This document shows, in pieces, positions 49,660 through 59,267 of a DNA stretch of 59,873 bases. Within the stretch, counting starts at the first letter, position 1; each line of letters starts with the position of its first letter. A program made the translations under genes and the position numbers. The notes beneath the pieces are model-generated. The model did not search any database and was not told the DNA's origin. It saw only the letters and a list, made by a program, of their open reading frames with translations. Source of the stretch: Deltaproteobacteria bacterium (lineage in GTDB: Bacteria > Myxococcota_A > UBA9042 > PHBI01); NCBI GenBank assembly GCA_016792665.1, contig JAEUKJ010000541.1:1-59873 (forward strand), given 5' to 3'.

Positions 49660-52600
49660 ATGGTCGACGAGGTGACAGACGAGGTCTTCGGGCCGGCGAC
49701 CGCGGCCTGGTTCGCGCGCGCCTTCGGCACGCCCACGCGGGTGCAGGCCGAGGGGTGGCGAGCCATCGCGCGCGGGGACGACGCCCTGCTCATCGCGCCG
49801 ACCGGATCGGGCAAGACGCTGGCCGCCTTCCTGGTCGCGATCGATCGCATCGGCAGCGTCGTGCGTGCCGAGCGTGCCACGCGTCCTGGGCGCGCCGTGG
49901 CGTCCAAGGTCGATCGCCTCGCGTCGGTCGATGCCCCGACCGAGGGCTGGCGCGCGATCTACGTCTCGCCGCTGAAGGCCCTGGTCTACGACGTCGAGCG
50001 CAACCTCTCCGCGCCACTCCGCGGCATCGAGACCGTGGCCGCCCAGCTCGGCCTGGCCTTCGGTACGCTGCGCGTCGATGTGCGCACGGGCGACACCAGC
50101 CAGCGCGATCGGAAGCGTCAGGTCGATGCCCCGGGCGACATCCTCGTGACCACGCCCGAGTCCTTGTACCTCCTCCTCACGTCGGAGGCGCGGCGCAACC
50201 TGCGCACGGTCGAGACGCTCATCATCGATGAGATCCACGCCCTCGCGCCGACCAAGCGCGGGGCACATCTCATGCTCTCGGTCGAGCGCATGGCGGCCCT
50301 GCGCGGTGAGGCCGGGCTCCAGCGCATCGGGCTCTCGGCGACGGTGCGGCCCGCGGAGGAGGTCGCGCGCTTCCTGTCGGGGGCGCGTGCTTGCGCCATC
50401 GTGGACACGGCCGCGCCGCCGCGCCTCGAGCTCGAGATCGTCGTCCCGGTGGACGACATGACCAAGCCCTGGCTCGAGCTGGCGGTGGCCCCCGGGGCCG
50501 AGACCGCGCGACCCTCGGGCTCGCTCCTGGCGATCGCGCGGCACGAGCGCGGCGAGCGCGCGGACAAGGTCGCGGACAAAGCTGCGGCCAAACAGGATCT
50601 CTCGCCCGAGCAACGCGCGAGCTTGTGGCCGGCCATCGAGCCGAAGATCCTGGAGCTCGTCCTCGAGCATCGCTCGACCATCGTCTTCGTGAACTCGCGC
50701 GGTCTGGCCGAGCGGCTCGCGCAGCGCCTGAACGAGCTCGCGGCCGAGCTCGGCGTGGCCCCGCCCGGTGGCCTCGTGCGGGCGCATCATGGATCGGTGG
50801 CGCATGCCCAGCGGCGCGAGATCGAAGAGCTCCTGAAGGCCGGCGAGCTGAGGGCCATCGTCGCGACCAGCTCGCTCGAGCTCGGCATCGACATGGGCGC
50901 GGTCGAGCTCGTCATCCAGGTCGAGTCGCCGGACTCGTCGGCGCGCGGGCTCCAGCGCGTCGGGCGCGCGGGCCATCAGGTCGGCGGCGTCTCGCGCGGC
51001 CGCATCTTCCCGAAGCATCGCAACGACCTGCTCGAGGCCGCGGTCGTCTCGCGCATGATGATCGAGGGGCGCATCGAGTCGGTGAGCGTGCCGAAGAACG
51101 CGCTCGACGTGCTGGCCCAGCAGGTCGTTGCGATGTGCGCGATGGAGCCCTGGGCGCGAAAGGACATGTTGGCGCTGGTGCGGCGCGCGAGCTCGTATCG
51201 CGACCTGAGCGACGAGGTCTTCGACGCCGTGCTCGAGATGCTGACGGGTCGCTTTCCCTCGAGCGAGGTCGCCGATCTGCGCCCGCGCCTCGAGTGGGAC
51301 CGCAGCCTCGACGTCCTCACCGCCCGCAAGGGCGCGCGCCTCCTGGCGGTCGTCAACGGCGGGACCATCCCCGATCGCGGCCTCTACGGCGTCTTCACCC
51401 AGGGCGAGGGCGGCAAGGCGAGTCGCGTCGGCGAGCTCGACGAGGAGATGGTCCACGAGGCGCGCGTCGGCGAGACCTTCATGCTCGGGGCCTCGACCTG
51501 GCGCATCCAGGAGATCACGCGCGACCGCGTGATGGTGACGCCGGCCCCGGGCGAGCCCGGCAAGATGCCGTTCTGGCACGGCGATGGACCCGGCCGCCCC
51601 ATCGAGACCGGCCGCGAGCTCGGGGCCTTCGTGCGCCAGGTCGGCGAGCTCGAACCAGACGCTGCCGACCGCCTCCTGGCGGCGCGCTACCCCCTGGATG
51701 CGAAGGCGCGCAAGAACCTCATCCGCCACCTGGCCGACCAGCGCGAGGCGACCGGCCTCTTGCCGAGCGACCGTACGATCGTCGTCGAGCGCTTCCGCGA
51801 CGAGCTCGGCGACTACCGCGTCTGTATCCTCACGCCCTTCGGGGCGCGCGTGCACGCACCCTGGGCGCTGGCCATCGAAGAGACCATCGGCCGCCGCGCC
51901 GGCATGGAAGTCCAGACCCTGTACACGGACGATGGCATCGCGCTGCGCTTTGCCGACCAGGGCGCGGGCACGGGCGCAACCCCCGACGAGACCCGCCGCG
52001 CCCCAGGCTGGAGTGAGCTCTGGGTCGAGCCGAGCGAGGTCGAGGAGCTCCTGGTCGAGCGGCTCTCGACCGCGGCGGTCTTCTCGTCGGTCTTCCGTGA
52101 GAGCGCGGCGCGCGCGCTGCTCCTGCCGCGGCGCAGTCCGGACGGTCGCGCCCCGCTCTGGCAGCAGCGGCTCCGCGCGCAGAACCTCTTGTCGGCGGTG
52201 CGGCAGTTCGCGGGCTTTCCGATCGTGCTCGAGACCTATCGCACCTGCCTCCAGGACATCTTCGATGTGCCGGCCCTGGTCGGCCTGCTCCAGGCGATCG
52301 AGCGCCGCGAGGTGCGCGTCCACGAGGTCGAGACGCGCGCGGCCTCGCCGTTCTCGCGGTCCTTGGCCTTCGCCTACGTCGCTTCGTACATGTACGAGGT
52401 CGACAACCCCGTGGCCGAGCGGCGGGCCCAGGCGCTCTCGCTGGACCGCAACCTCTTGCGCGAGCTCCTGGGTCAGGACGAGCTCCGCTCGGTCCTCTCG
52501 ACCGAGGTCCTGGACGAGGTCGAGGCCGAGCTGCAGTGCCTCATCCCGCCCTACCAGGCGACCGATGCCGATCGGCTCCACGATGTCCTGCGCCGCGTCG

Positions 52601-54552
52601 GGGCCTTGTCCGGCGACGCGCTGCGCTCGCGCGTGGCCGCCTCTCCCGCCGAGCTCGCGACCTGGCTCGAGGTCCTCGCGCGCTCGCGGCGCGCGGTGCG
52701 GATGCGGGTCGCCGAGGTCGACGCGTGGGTCGCGGTCGAGGACGTCGCTGCCTATCGCGATGGGCTCGGGTGCGCGCCGCCGAGCGGCCTGCCTGCCAGC
52801 TTGCTGGCGCCGATCGATCGGCCCCTCGAAGGGCTGGTCGCCAAGTACGCGCGCAGTCACGGGCCGTTCTCACGCGCCGAGGTGGCGGCACACCTCGGCC
52901 TGCCCGAGGTCGCGGTCGATGCGGCCGTGACCGCGCTCCTGCGCGCCGGTCGCCTGTCCGAGGGCGCCTATCGCCCCGGCCGCAGTGGCAGCGAGCTCTG
53001 CGATACCGAGGTCCTGAGGCGCATCCGTCGCCGCATGATGGCGCAGCTCCGCAGCGAGGTCGCGCCGGTCGATGGCGCGGCGCTGGCGCGCTTCTGGCTT
53101 GGCTGGCACGGGGTGCTGGCGGTCGACGAGGCGCGGGGGCGGCGGCCGACCCCCGAGCGCCTCCTGGAGGTCGTCGCGCAGCTGGAGGGCTTTGCGCTGC
53201 CGCTGGGCGAGCTCGAGGCCGTCATCCTGCCCGCGCGCATCCCGGGGTATCAGCCGCGCATGCTCGACGAGCTCATGACCTCGGGCCTGATCGTGTGGGT
53301 CGGGGTGGCTGCGATCGGATCGAAGGACGGGCGCGTGGCCCTCTATCGGCGCGAGAAGCTCTCGGCGCTGGCCGCCCCGAGGGACCTTACAACAGCCTTG
53401 TTGGACTCGCTGGAGCCCTTGCAACAGCGCCTGCTGGCGCACTTCGCGTCGCGCGGCGCGACCTTCTTCGGCGAGGTCGAGCTCGGCGCGGCGACGCGGG
53501 ATGAGGCGCTGGCTGCGCTCTGGGATCTGGTGTGGATGGGGTGGCTCACCAACGACACGCTCGGCCCGGTGCGGTCCTTGTCGGCAGGAGCGGCGGCCCG
53601 CTCCCGGGTGCAGAGCGGCGGCCGCTGGAGTCTCGTCGGCGCGGGTCTCAAAGTCCTGCCCGCGGCCGAGATCGCGCTCGCGCGGGCCGCGATGTTGTTC
53701 GAGCGTTGGGGCCTCGTCGCGCGCGGCGTCCTGGATGGCGAGACGCTACCAGGCGGCTTCGCGGGTCTCTACGACACGCTGCGCGCCATGGAAGAGGTCG
53801 GGCGCGTGCGGCGTGGGCACTTCGTCGACGGGCTCGAGGGTGCGCAGATGGCGCTGCCGGGGGTGGTCGATCGCCTGCGCGCGGCGCGGTCCCAGACCGA
53901 CGGCAAGGTGGTCCTGGTCTCGGCCATCGACCCCGCGAGCCCGTGGGGCAACGTCATGCCATGGCCCACCGACCCTCTCGAGGGCACGCTCGCGCAGCGC
54001 CGCGACCCGGCCGGAGCGACCCCGCGCGGGCTGGCGCGCAAGGCCGGGGCGCTGGTCGCGCTGGAGGACGGCGTGCCGGTCTTCTGGTTCGGTCCCGGGG
54101 GCAAGCGCATCGCGAGCATGCCGGCCGCGCGCGAGGACGAGGGGAGGGCGGTGCGCGCGCTGATGGCCTGGGCGCGAACGGGGCGTGAGGGCGTGACCCT
54201 GGTCACCGAGATCGACGGTGGCGCGGTGCGCGGCACACGCTGGGAGGCCCTCTTGCGCGAGGCCGGCTTCGTCGGAGACTATCGCGGCATGGTGCTCGCG
54301 AAGCGTCCGGAGGTCGTGGCGCGGAGCGAGGTCGAGCGCCGCTTCGACAGCGCGCTGAGCGAGCTCCGGGCTCGGACCGGCAACGTCGCCCCGGCACCGG
54401 TCCCTGGCGCCTGGCCGGAGGGGCCCTGGGGTGCATCGCGATCGCCGGCGCCGCGCGAAGATTCGACGGACATCGAAGGAGGGCCGGATGAGCACGGGGG
54501 GCGCGTTCGAAAGTTCAGTTTCCGCCGCGCGCGCAGCGATCGCCCGAGCTGA
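49660..54552 (+). CDS. lhr: Lhr-family ATP-dependent DExH helicase (large)
   Basis: ORF 49630..54552 has a GTG first codon. The first ATG is at 49660. Helicase motif I is APTGSGKT, motif II is IIDEIHAL, and the motif VI region is GRAGH. The long C-terminal domain is typical of full-length Lhr. Confidence 0.9.
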   Translation: MVDEVTDEVFGPATAAWFARAFGTPTRVQAEGWRAIARGDDALLIAPTGSGKTLAAFLVAIDRIGSVVRAERATRPGRAVASKVDRLASVDAPTEGWRAIYVSPLKALVYDVERNLSAPLRGIETVAAQLGLAFGTLRVDVRTGDTSQRDRKRQVDAPGDILVTTPESLYLLLTSEARRNLRTVETLIIDEIHALAPTKRGAHLMLSVERMAALRGEAGLQRIGLSATVRPAEEVARFLSGARACAIVDTAAPPRLELEIVVPVDDMTKPWLELAVAPGAETARPSGSLLAIARHERGERADKVADKAAAKQDLSPEQRASLWPAIEPKILELVLEHRSTIVFVNSRGLAERLAQRLNELAAELGVAPPGGLVRAHHGSVAHAQRREIEELLKAGELRAIVATSSLELGIDMGAVELVIQVESPDSSARGLQRVGRAGHQVGGVSRGRIFPKHRNDLLEAAVVSRMMIEGRIESVSVPKNALDVLAQQVVAMCAMEPWARKDMLALVRRASSYRDLSDEVFDAVLEMLTGRFPSSEVADLRPRLEWDRSLDVLTARKGARLLAVVNGGTIPDRGLYGVFTQGEGGKASRVGELDEEMVHEARVGETFMLGASTWRIQEITRDRVMVTPAPGEPGKMPFWHGDGPGRPIETGRELGAFVRQVGELEPDAADRLLAARYPLDAKARKNLIRHLADQREATGLLPSDRTIVVERFRDELGDYRVCILTPFGARVHAPWALAIEETIGRRAGMEVQTLYTDDGIALRFADQGAGTGATPDETRRAPGWSELWVEPSEVEELLVERLSTAAVFSSVFRESAARALLLPRRSPDGRAPLWQQRLRAQNLLSAVRQFAGFPIVLETYRTCLQDIFDVPALVGLLQAIERREVRVHEVETRAASPFSRSLAFAYVASYMYEVDNPVAERRAQALSLDRNLLRELLGQDELRSVLSTEVLDEVEAELQCLIPPYQATDADRLHDVLRRVGALSGDALRSRVAASPAELATWLEVLARSRRAVRMRVAEVDAWVAVEDVAAYRDGLGCAPPSGLPASLLAPIDRPLEGLVAKYARSHGPFSRAEVAAHLGLPEVAVDAAVTALLRAGRLSEGAYRPGRSGSELCDTEVLRRIRRRMMAQLRSEVAPVDGAALARFWLGWHGVLAVDEARGRRPTPERLLEVVAQLEGFALPLGELEAVILPARIPGYQPRMLDELMTSGLIVWVGVAAIGSKDGRVALYRREKLSALAAPRDLTTALLDSLEPLQQRLLAHFASRGATFFGEVELGAATRDEALAALWDLVWMGWLTNDTLGPVRSLSAGAAARSRVQSGGRWSLVGAGLKVLPAAEIALARAAMLFERWGLVARGVLDGETLPGGFAGLYDTLRAMEEVGRVRRGHFVDGLEGAQMALPGVVDRLRAARSQTDGKVVLVSAIDPASPWGNVMPWPTDPLEGTLAQRRDPAGATPRGLARKAGALVALEDGVPVFWFGPGGKRIASMPAAREDEGRAVRALMAWARTGREGVTLVTEIDGGAVRGTRWEALLREAGFVGDYRGMVLAKRPEVVARSEVERRFDSALSELRARTGNVAPAPVPGAWPEGPWGASRSPAPREDSTDIEGGPDEHGGRVRKFSFRRARSDRPS

Positions 54553-55339
54553 GGGCCTGATCGTCACGGCCGGGGCCGGCATGGGGGTCGACTCGGGGCT
54601 GCCGGACTTTCGCGGCAACGAGGGCTTCTGGAAGGCCTACCCGCCCTTTGCGAAGCTCGGCCTCGGCTTCTCGGCCCTGGCCAACCCGCGTTGGTTCGTC
54701 GACGACCCCGCGCTCGCGTGGGGCTTCTACGGTCATCGCCTCCACCTCTATCGCGACACGACACCACACGCGGGCTTTGGGTGGCTCGCGGCGTTCGGCG
54801 CGCGTCTCCCCGGCGGCCTGTTCGCGTTCACGTCGAACGTCGATGGTCAGTTCCAGAAGGCCGGCCTCGTCGACGTGGTCGAGGCGCACGGATCGATCCA
54901 CCACCTTCAATGCGTGGCCGGCTGCGCGGCCCCTATCTGGAGCGCCGAGGGCGTCGAGGTCCAGGTCTCCCCCGAGACCCTGCGCGCGTCCGAGCCCTTC
55001 CCGTGCTGCCCGCGCTGCGGCGCCCTGGCGCGCCCCAACATCCTCATGTTCGGCGACGGCGCCTGGCGCTCGGAGCGGACCGACGCGCAAGAGACCCGGC
55101 TCGGTGCGTGGCTCGAGCGCCCTTCCGTCCGCAAGGCGGGCAAGGCCCTGGTCGTCATCGAGCTCGGCGCGGGCTCGGCGGTGCCGACGGTGCGGCGCTT
55201 CTCCGAGGCGGTGGCCCGGTCGCTCGGTGGGACGCTCATCCGCATCAACCCGCGCGAGCCCGAGGTGCCGCTTGGCGCGATAGGCCTCTCGCTCGGGGCC
55301 CTCGACGGGCTCCGCGCCATCCTCATGCCGAGCGCTTAG
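54488..55339 (+). CDS. SIR2-family NAD-dependent protein deacylase
   Basis: Internal ATG of ORF 54431..55339, preceded by a GAAGGAGGG Shine-Dalgarno sequence. Sirtuin motifs present: GAGMGVDSGLPDFRG, TSNVDGQF, HGS. The Zn-ribbon cysteines are LQCVAGC..CCPRCG. Confidence 0.85.
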   Translation: MSTGGAFESSVSAARAAIARAEGLIVTAGAGMGVDSGLPDFRGNEGFWKAYPPFAKLGLGFSALANPRWFVDDPALAWGFYGHRLHLYRDTTPHAGFGWLAAFGARLPGGLFAFTSNVDGQFQKAGLVDVVEAHGSIHHLQCVAGCAAPIWSAEGVEVQVSPETLRASEPFPCCPRCGALARPNILMFGDGAWRSERTDAQETRLGAWLERPSVRKAGKALVVIELGAGSAVPTVRRFSEAVARSLGGTLIRINPREPEVPLGAIGLSLGALDGLRAILMPSA

Positions 55340-55341
55340 GC

Positions 55342-56220
55342 ATGCCCGAGGGCGACACGATCCACACGGTCGCGCGCGTCATGCGACCCGATCTGGAAGG
55401 CCAGGTCGTGGTCCTGCTCGAGGTCCACCAGCGCCCCTGCGCGTGGGCCGAGGGCAGTCGCGCGACCTCGGTCGAGGCGGTCGGCAAGCACCTCGTCATC
55501 ACGCTCGAAGGGGCCTTCGGGGTGCGCACGCTGCGGGTGCACCTGGGCATGAAGGGAAGCTGGCATCGCTATCGACCGGGCGAGGTGTGGCCGCGTCCCG
55601 CGAGCGGTCGGCGCGCGCTGATCGCCACCGCCGAGTGGCTCTTCGTGTGCTTTGGCCCGAAGGAGGTCGCCGTCGGCGAGGCTTTCTCCGGTGACACGGC
55701 GGGGGCGGCCCGCGCCCGCGCGGTGGGGCATCTCGGGCCTGATCTGCTGGCGGGCGTCGCCGCCGGGCAGGGCGTCTTCGCGGCCCGCGACGCGGTCGAG
55801 CGGGCCCGTCACCCGGGCCTCGCGGCGATGGCGGTGGCCGATGTCCTCCTCACCCAGACCGTCGCAAGCGGCATCGGCAACGTCTACAAGTCGGAGACCC
55901 TCTTCCTCGAGCGCGTCGACCCGTGGTACCCGATCGGGGCCCTCGACGACGCGCGCCTCCTGGCGATCTACGAGCGCGCGGCCACGCTCATGAAGGTGAA
56001 CGTCGAGGCCGGCGGCTGGCGCACGACGACACGCGTCACGGCCAGCGACGACGTCCCCGCGGCCGAGCGCTACTGGGTCTATCGGCGCGCGCGCCACCCG
56101 TGTCGCGTGTGTGGGGCGCTCGTCCGCAGTCGGCTCCAGGGCCCGATGGCGCGCATGACCTACTGGTGCCCGAAGTGCCAGGTGCATGGAAAAGTGGCGG
56201 GGTCCAAGACGGCGTTCTAG
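55342..56220 (+). CDS. nei: Fpg/Nei-family DNA glycosylase / AP lyase (endonuclease VIII-like)
   Basis: Internal ATG of ORF 54691..56220. N-terminus is MPEGDT. The H2TH motif is GIGNVYKSETLF. The C-terminal zinc finger is CRVCG..CPKCQ. The start lies 2 nt after the sirtuin stop. Confidence 0.85.
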   Translation: MPEGDTIHTVARVMRPDLEGQVVVLLEVHQRPCAWAEGSRATSVEAVGKHLVITLEGAFGVRTLRVHLGMKGSWHRYRPGEVWPRPASGRRALIATAEWLFVCFGPKEVAVGEAFSGDTAGAARARAVGHLGPDLLAGVAAGQGVFAARDAVERARHPGLAAMAVADVLLTQTVASGIGNVYKSETLFLERVDPWYPIGALDDARLLAIYERAATLMKVNVEAGGWRTTTRVTASDDVPAAERYWVYRRARHPCRVCGALVRSRLQGPMARMTYWCPKCQVHGKVAGSKTAF

Positions 56221-56269
56221 CCTCGACGCCGAGCCGCGACACGGATGCGCGGTCACACAGAGGACAGGT

Positions 56270-56716
56270 ATGCGCCAGTACACCATCGCCGGGATCATCG
56301 CCGCCACCACCGCCACCGGGGCCCTCGGGGCTTGCGGAGGCAACGCGCAGTACGTCGTTCGCGGCACCGAGAAGTCGATCGGCGTCGACGGAGTCATCAC
56401 GATCCAGCCGCAGTCCGAGGACGTGAACGTCGTCTCGGTCGAGCTCGTGAACCTGCCCCCGCCCGAGCGTCACGAGAAGAGCAAAAAGGCCTTCATCGTG
56501 TGGCTCACGCCGACCGACGGGCCGCCGATCCGCGCCGGCCGCCTGGCCTACGACGCCGACGAGCGCGCTGGCCGCCTCCAGGTCACGACCCCCAACGATC
56601 AGGTCTTCGTGCAGGTCACCGCCGAGGAGACCTCGACCGCTCCGAAGCCGTCCGACTTCGTGGTCATCTCGAAGCACGTCGTCTTGAAGCGCGCCCAGAC
56701 CTCCAACGAGATCTGA
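56270..56716 (+). CDS. Hypothetical lipoprotein
   Basis: Internal ATG of ORF 56186..56716 (MRQYTIAGIIAATTATGALGAC lipobox). Confidence 0.7.
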   Translation: MRQYTIAGIIAATTATGALGACGGNAQYVVRGTEKSIGVDGVITIQPQSEDVNVVSVELVNLPPPERHEKSKKAFIVWLTPTDGPPIRAGRLAYDADERAGRLQVTTPNDQVFVQVTAEETSTAPKPSDFVVISKHVVLKRAQTSNEI

Positions 56717-56723
56717 CGCGACG

Positions 56724-57287
56724 TCAGCGCAGGGCCTCGAGCGCGCGCAGCGCCGCGGCCTTGACCGTGACCGAGCGGAGCGCCGGCGAGGCCTCTGTCA
56801 ACAGCGGCCCGTCGACGCGATACGCCTCGCGACGCCAGATGATCGCCATCAGCCCCGGGGCGAAGCGGGCCAGCGCCAAGCGATGCACCGACCGCACGGC
56901 GCGCAGCACGCGCGCGGCTCCGAGCGACGCCAGGTCGTTGCGCAGGGTGAGCTCGGCGGCGTCCCGACGCTCGAACGGCTCATGCACGGGGTGCATATCG
57001 CTCCCCGGGTCGTCATGAACGTCGTGCATGATGTCGTCGGGCAGGACGAGGACCAGTCCGTCGTCGAAGCGACGATCGAGGTCGCCGAGGGCGGCTTCGA
57101 TCTCGGCGCTCGTCAGGTGGTTGCCCTCGCGGAAGCGCTCGACCTCCGCGCGCGCCGCGGTCAGCGCACGCCCCTGCATGCCGCCTCGCCACCAGGTGAG
57201 GGCCTCGGGCAAGGCCGGGGCGCTGGCGCAGCCCGTGACCAGGAGACCCACGAGCACGAGGGCGGCCTGCGCGCGCACCCGGCTCAC
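56724..57287 (-). CDS. Hypothetical lipoprotein
   Basis: In frame with ORF 56724..57536. GTG at 57287 forms a GTGA overlap with the upstream stop and gives VSRVRAQAALVLVGLLVTGC (lipobox). Confidence 0.6.
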   Translation of the reverse strand: MSRVRAQAALVLVGLLVTGCASAPALPEALTWWRGGMQGRALTAARAEVERFREGNHLTSAEIEAALGDLDRRFDDGLVLVLPDDIMHDVHDDPGSDMHPVHEPFERRDAAELTLRNDLASLGAARVLRAVRSVHRLALARFAPGLMAIIWRREAYRVDGPLLTEASPALRSVTVKAAALRALEALR

Positions 57288-58396
57288 GCAGCCCCCCAGA
57301 GCTCTTTGAAGAGGGCGATGGCGCCCGGCACGATGACGCACGCCGCGGCGTGATAGGCCGACTGGGCCAGCGCCAGGCTGACGCGCTCGCCGTGGCGCAC
57401 GAAGTGGAGGCTCAGCGTCATCGGGTGCGAGCTCGAGGTCGGCGCGGCGTTGACGAGGGCGCCCGGGAACCCGCCGCCGTCGGCGGGCTCGAGCACGCAC
57501 CAGAGGCGGTCCCGCGCCCCTGCGAGGAAGCCCCACAGGTCGGCGTCATGGTGGGCGCGCGCGGTCGGTTCGAGGTAGGGGCGGACGACGCTCTCGTAGA
57601 CGATGACGGTCCGGCCGAGGCCGACCCCGAGGGACGCGATGCGGCTCGCCGTGATGCCCTGGCCCAGCTCGTGCGCGAGGAGCTCGGGGGCGGGTGCGTC
57701 GCCGCGCCACGGGCGGCGGTAGAGGTCGCGCGTGGCGGCGAGGCGCTCCATGCGCTCGGGCTGGCCCGGCCAGATACAGGCCTCGAGCCAGCGTGACTCG
57801 GCCTCGTCGTGCAGATCGATCGGGGCGCGGTCGAGGCCGACGCGGCGCTCGGGCGAGGGGAAGTCGAAGCCCGCGAGGCGGTTCACGCCGAAGCGATAGG
57901 GGATCGCGGTGCGGTCGACGACGAGGTTCAGCCCGGCCGAGCAGCCGAGGTCGACGAGGTCGAAGGCACGGTGTCCGAGGCCTAGCGTGAGAGCCGGGAG
58001 CCCCCACGCGAAGGCGCGCCCGGGCTCGTTGGTCTGGACGCTGCGCGCCGCGAGGACGGGCACGAGGTCGGGGTCGGCGAGGGCGGCGAGGAGGCGCTGG
58101 TCGAGGTCGGGCGCCTCCGCGTCCATGAGGAGCTCGAGGGCGAGTGGGTGGTCGGGGTTCTCGAGGGCGCGGTAGCGCATCGCCGCCAGGAGCAGCATCG
58201 GCCGCGCGTAGGCGGTCTCGAAGTGGCGCCCCTGCCAGGCACGCGCGAGCGGCTCGAGGAGGCGCGCATCGTCGCCGAGGGCGCGCACCGCCATGACGAG
58301 CCGATCGTAGGCGCCCGGGCCCTGGCTCACGGCGTTGCCGACGCCGAGCTTGGGCGAGCCCAGGTCTGCTCGAAAGCCTTCGATTCCGACCGCCAT
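57284..58396 (-). CDS. DUF2332-like protein (putative SAM-methyltransferase-like fold)
   Basis: Internal ATG 58396 of ORF 57284..58492. As I remember the DUF2332 family, DLVDLGCSAGLNL resembles its GxSAGLNL motif. Confidence 0.55.
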   Translation of the reverse strand: MAVGIEGFRADLGSPKLGVGNAVSQGPGAYDRLVMAVRALGDDARLLEPLARAWQGRHFETAYARPMLLLAAMRYRALENPDHPLALELLMDAEAPDLDQRLLAALADPDLVPVLAARSVQTNEPGRAFAWGLPALTLGLGHRAFDLVDLGCSAGLNLVVDRTAIPYRFGVNRLAGFDFPSPERRVGLDRAPIDLHDEAESRWLEACIWPGQPERMERLAATRDLYRRPWRGDAPAPELLAHELGQGITASRIASLGVGLGRTVIVYESVVRPYLEPTARAHHDADLWGFLAGARDRLWCVLEPADGGGFPGALVNAAPTSSSHPMTLSLHFVRHGERVSLALAQSAYHAAACVIVPGAIALFKELWGAA

Positions 58397-58485
58397 CACG
58401 CTCTCCTGTCGTCCCGCCGCGAGGCCCGTCGCGGCCGCCGCACGACTCCCTACCACGCGAGGCGAGTCGCGAGTAGGTTCCACGC

Positions 58486-59148
58486 ATGGCACTTCCGCGA
58501 CCGACGCCTGCGAAGCGAAAGAAGGCCCAGCGAATCGGCGAGCTCCTGGACGAGCACTTCCCCGATCCCGAGATCCCGCTGGACCACCAAGACCCCTTCA
58601 CCTTCCTGTGCGCGGTCCTGCTCTCGGCGCAGACGACCGACAAGAAGGTGAACCAGGTGACCCCCGCGCTCTTCACGCGGGCCCCCACGCCAGAGGCCAT
58701 GGCCGCGCTCGAGGTCGCCGAGATCCAGGGCTACATCCGCGAGGTCGGGCTCGCACCGACCAAGGCCAAGCATCTCAAAGCCATGGCCGCCCTCCTGGTC
58801 GAGCGCCACGGCGGCATCGTCCCTCAGGACATCGACGCCCTCGAGGCCCTGCCCGGCGTGGGCCACAAGACCGCGTCGGTGGTGATGGTGCAGGCCTTCG
58901 GCGTCCCGACCTTCCCGGTCGACACCCACATCCATCGCCTTGCCGAGCGCTGGGGCTTGTCCGACGGCAAGAACGTCGAGCGCACCGAGGCCGACCTGAA
59001 AGCGCTGTTCCCCGAGGAGGAGTGGAACCGCCGGCACCTGCAGATCATCTACTTCGGTCGCAAGTTCTGCCCGGCCCGCGGCCACGACATCGACGCGTGC
59101 CCGATCTGCACGTGGGCGATGGCGCCGTCGCGTCGCAAGTCGGGCTGA
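58486..59148 (+). CDS. nth: Endonuclease III (Nth) DNA glycosylase / AP lyase
   Basis: Contains FLCAVLLSAQTTDKKVN. The HhH-GPD motif is LPGVGHKTASVV (catalytic Lys), with VDTHIHRL (Asp). The C-terminal Cys loop is CPARGHDIDACPIC. Confidence 0.9.
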   Translation: MALPRPTPAKRKKAQRIGELLDEHFPDPEIPLDHQDPFTFLCAVLLSAQTTDKKVNQVTPALFTRAPTPEAMAALEVAEIQGYIREVGLAPTKAKHLKAMAALLVERHGGIVPQDIDALEALPGVGHKTASVVMVQAFGVPTFPVDTHIHRLAERWGLSDGKNVERTEADLKALFPEEEWNRRHLQIIYFGRKFCPARGHDIDACPICTWAMAPSRRKSG

Positions 59149-59267
59149 CCTGCCCATCGGGTTCCCCCACCACAAGTGCGGAACCCCGACTGACGATCTC
59201 GTTACAACTCCGGTGGAATCGCCCTGAGCATCGGGAGTCCGTGCCGCATCGGCCTGCGCCCCGCAGG

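Noticed and set aside
54488-55339. The SIR2 gene as a defence-type sirtuin (Thoeris, DSR or SIR2-HerA like).
   Set aside because: It is a short stand-alone sirtuin with a Zn ribbon and canonical deacylase motifs. There is no partner gene such as HerA, SLOG or TIR. It sits inside a DNA-repair operon. It is kept as a repair-linked finding instead.
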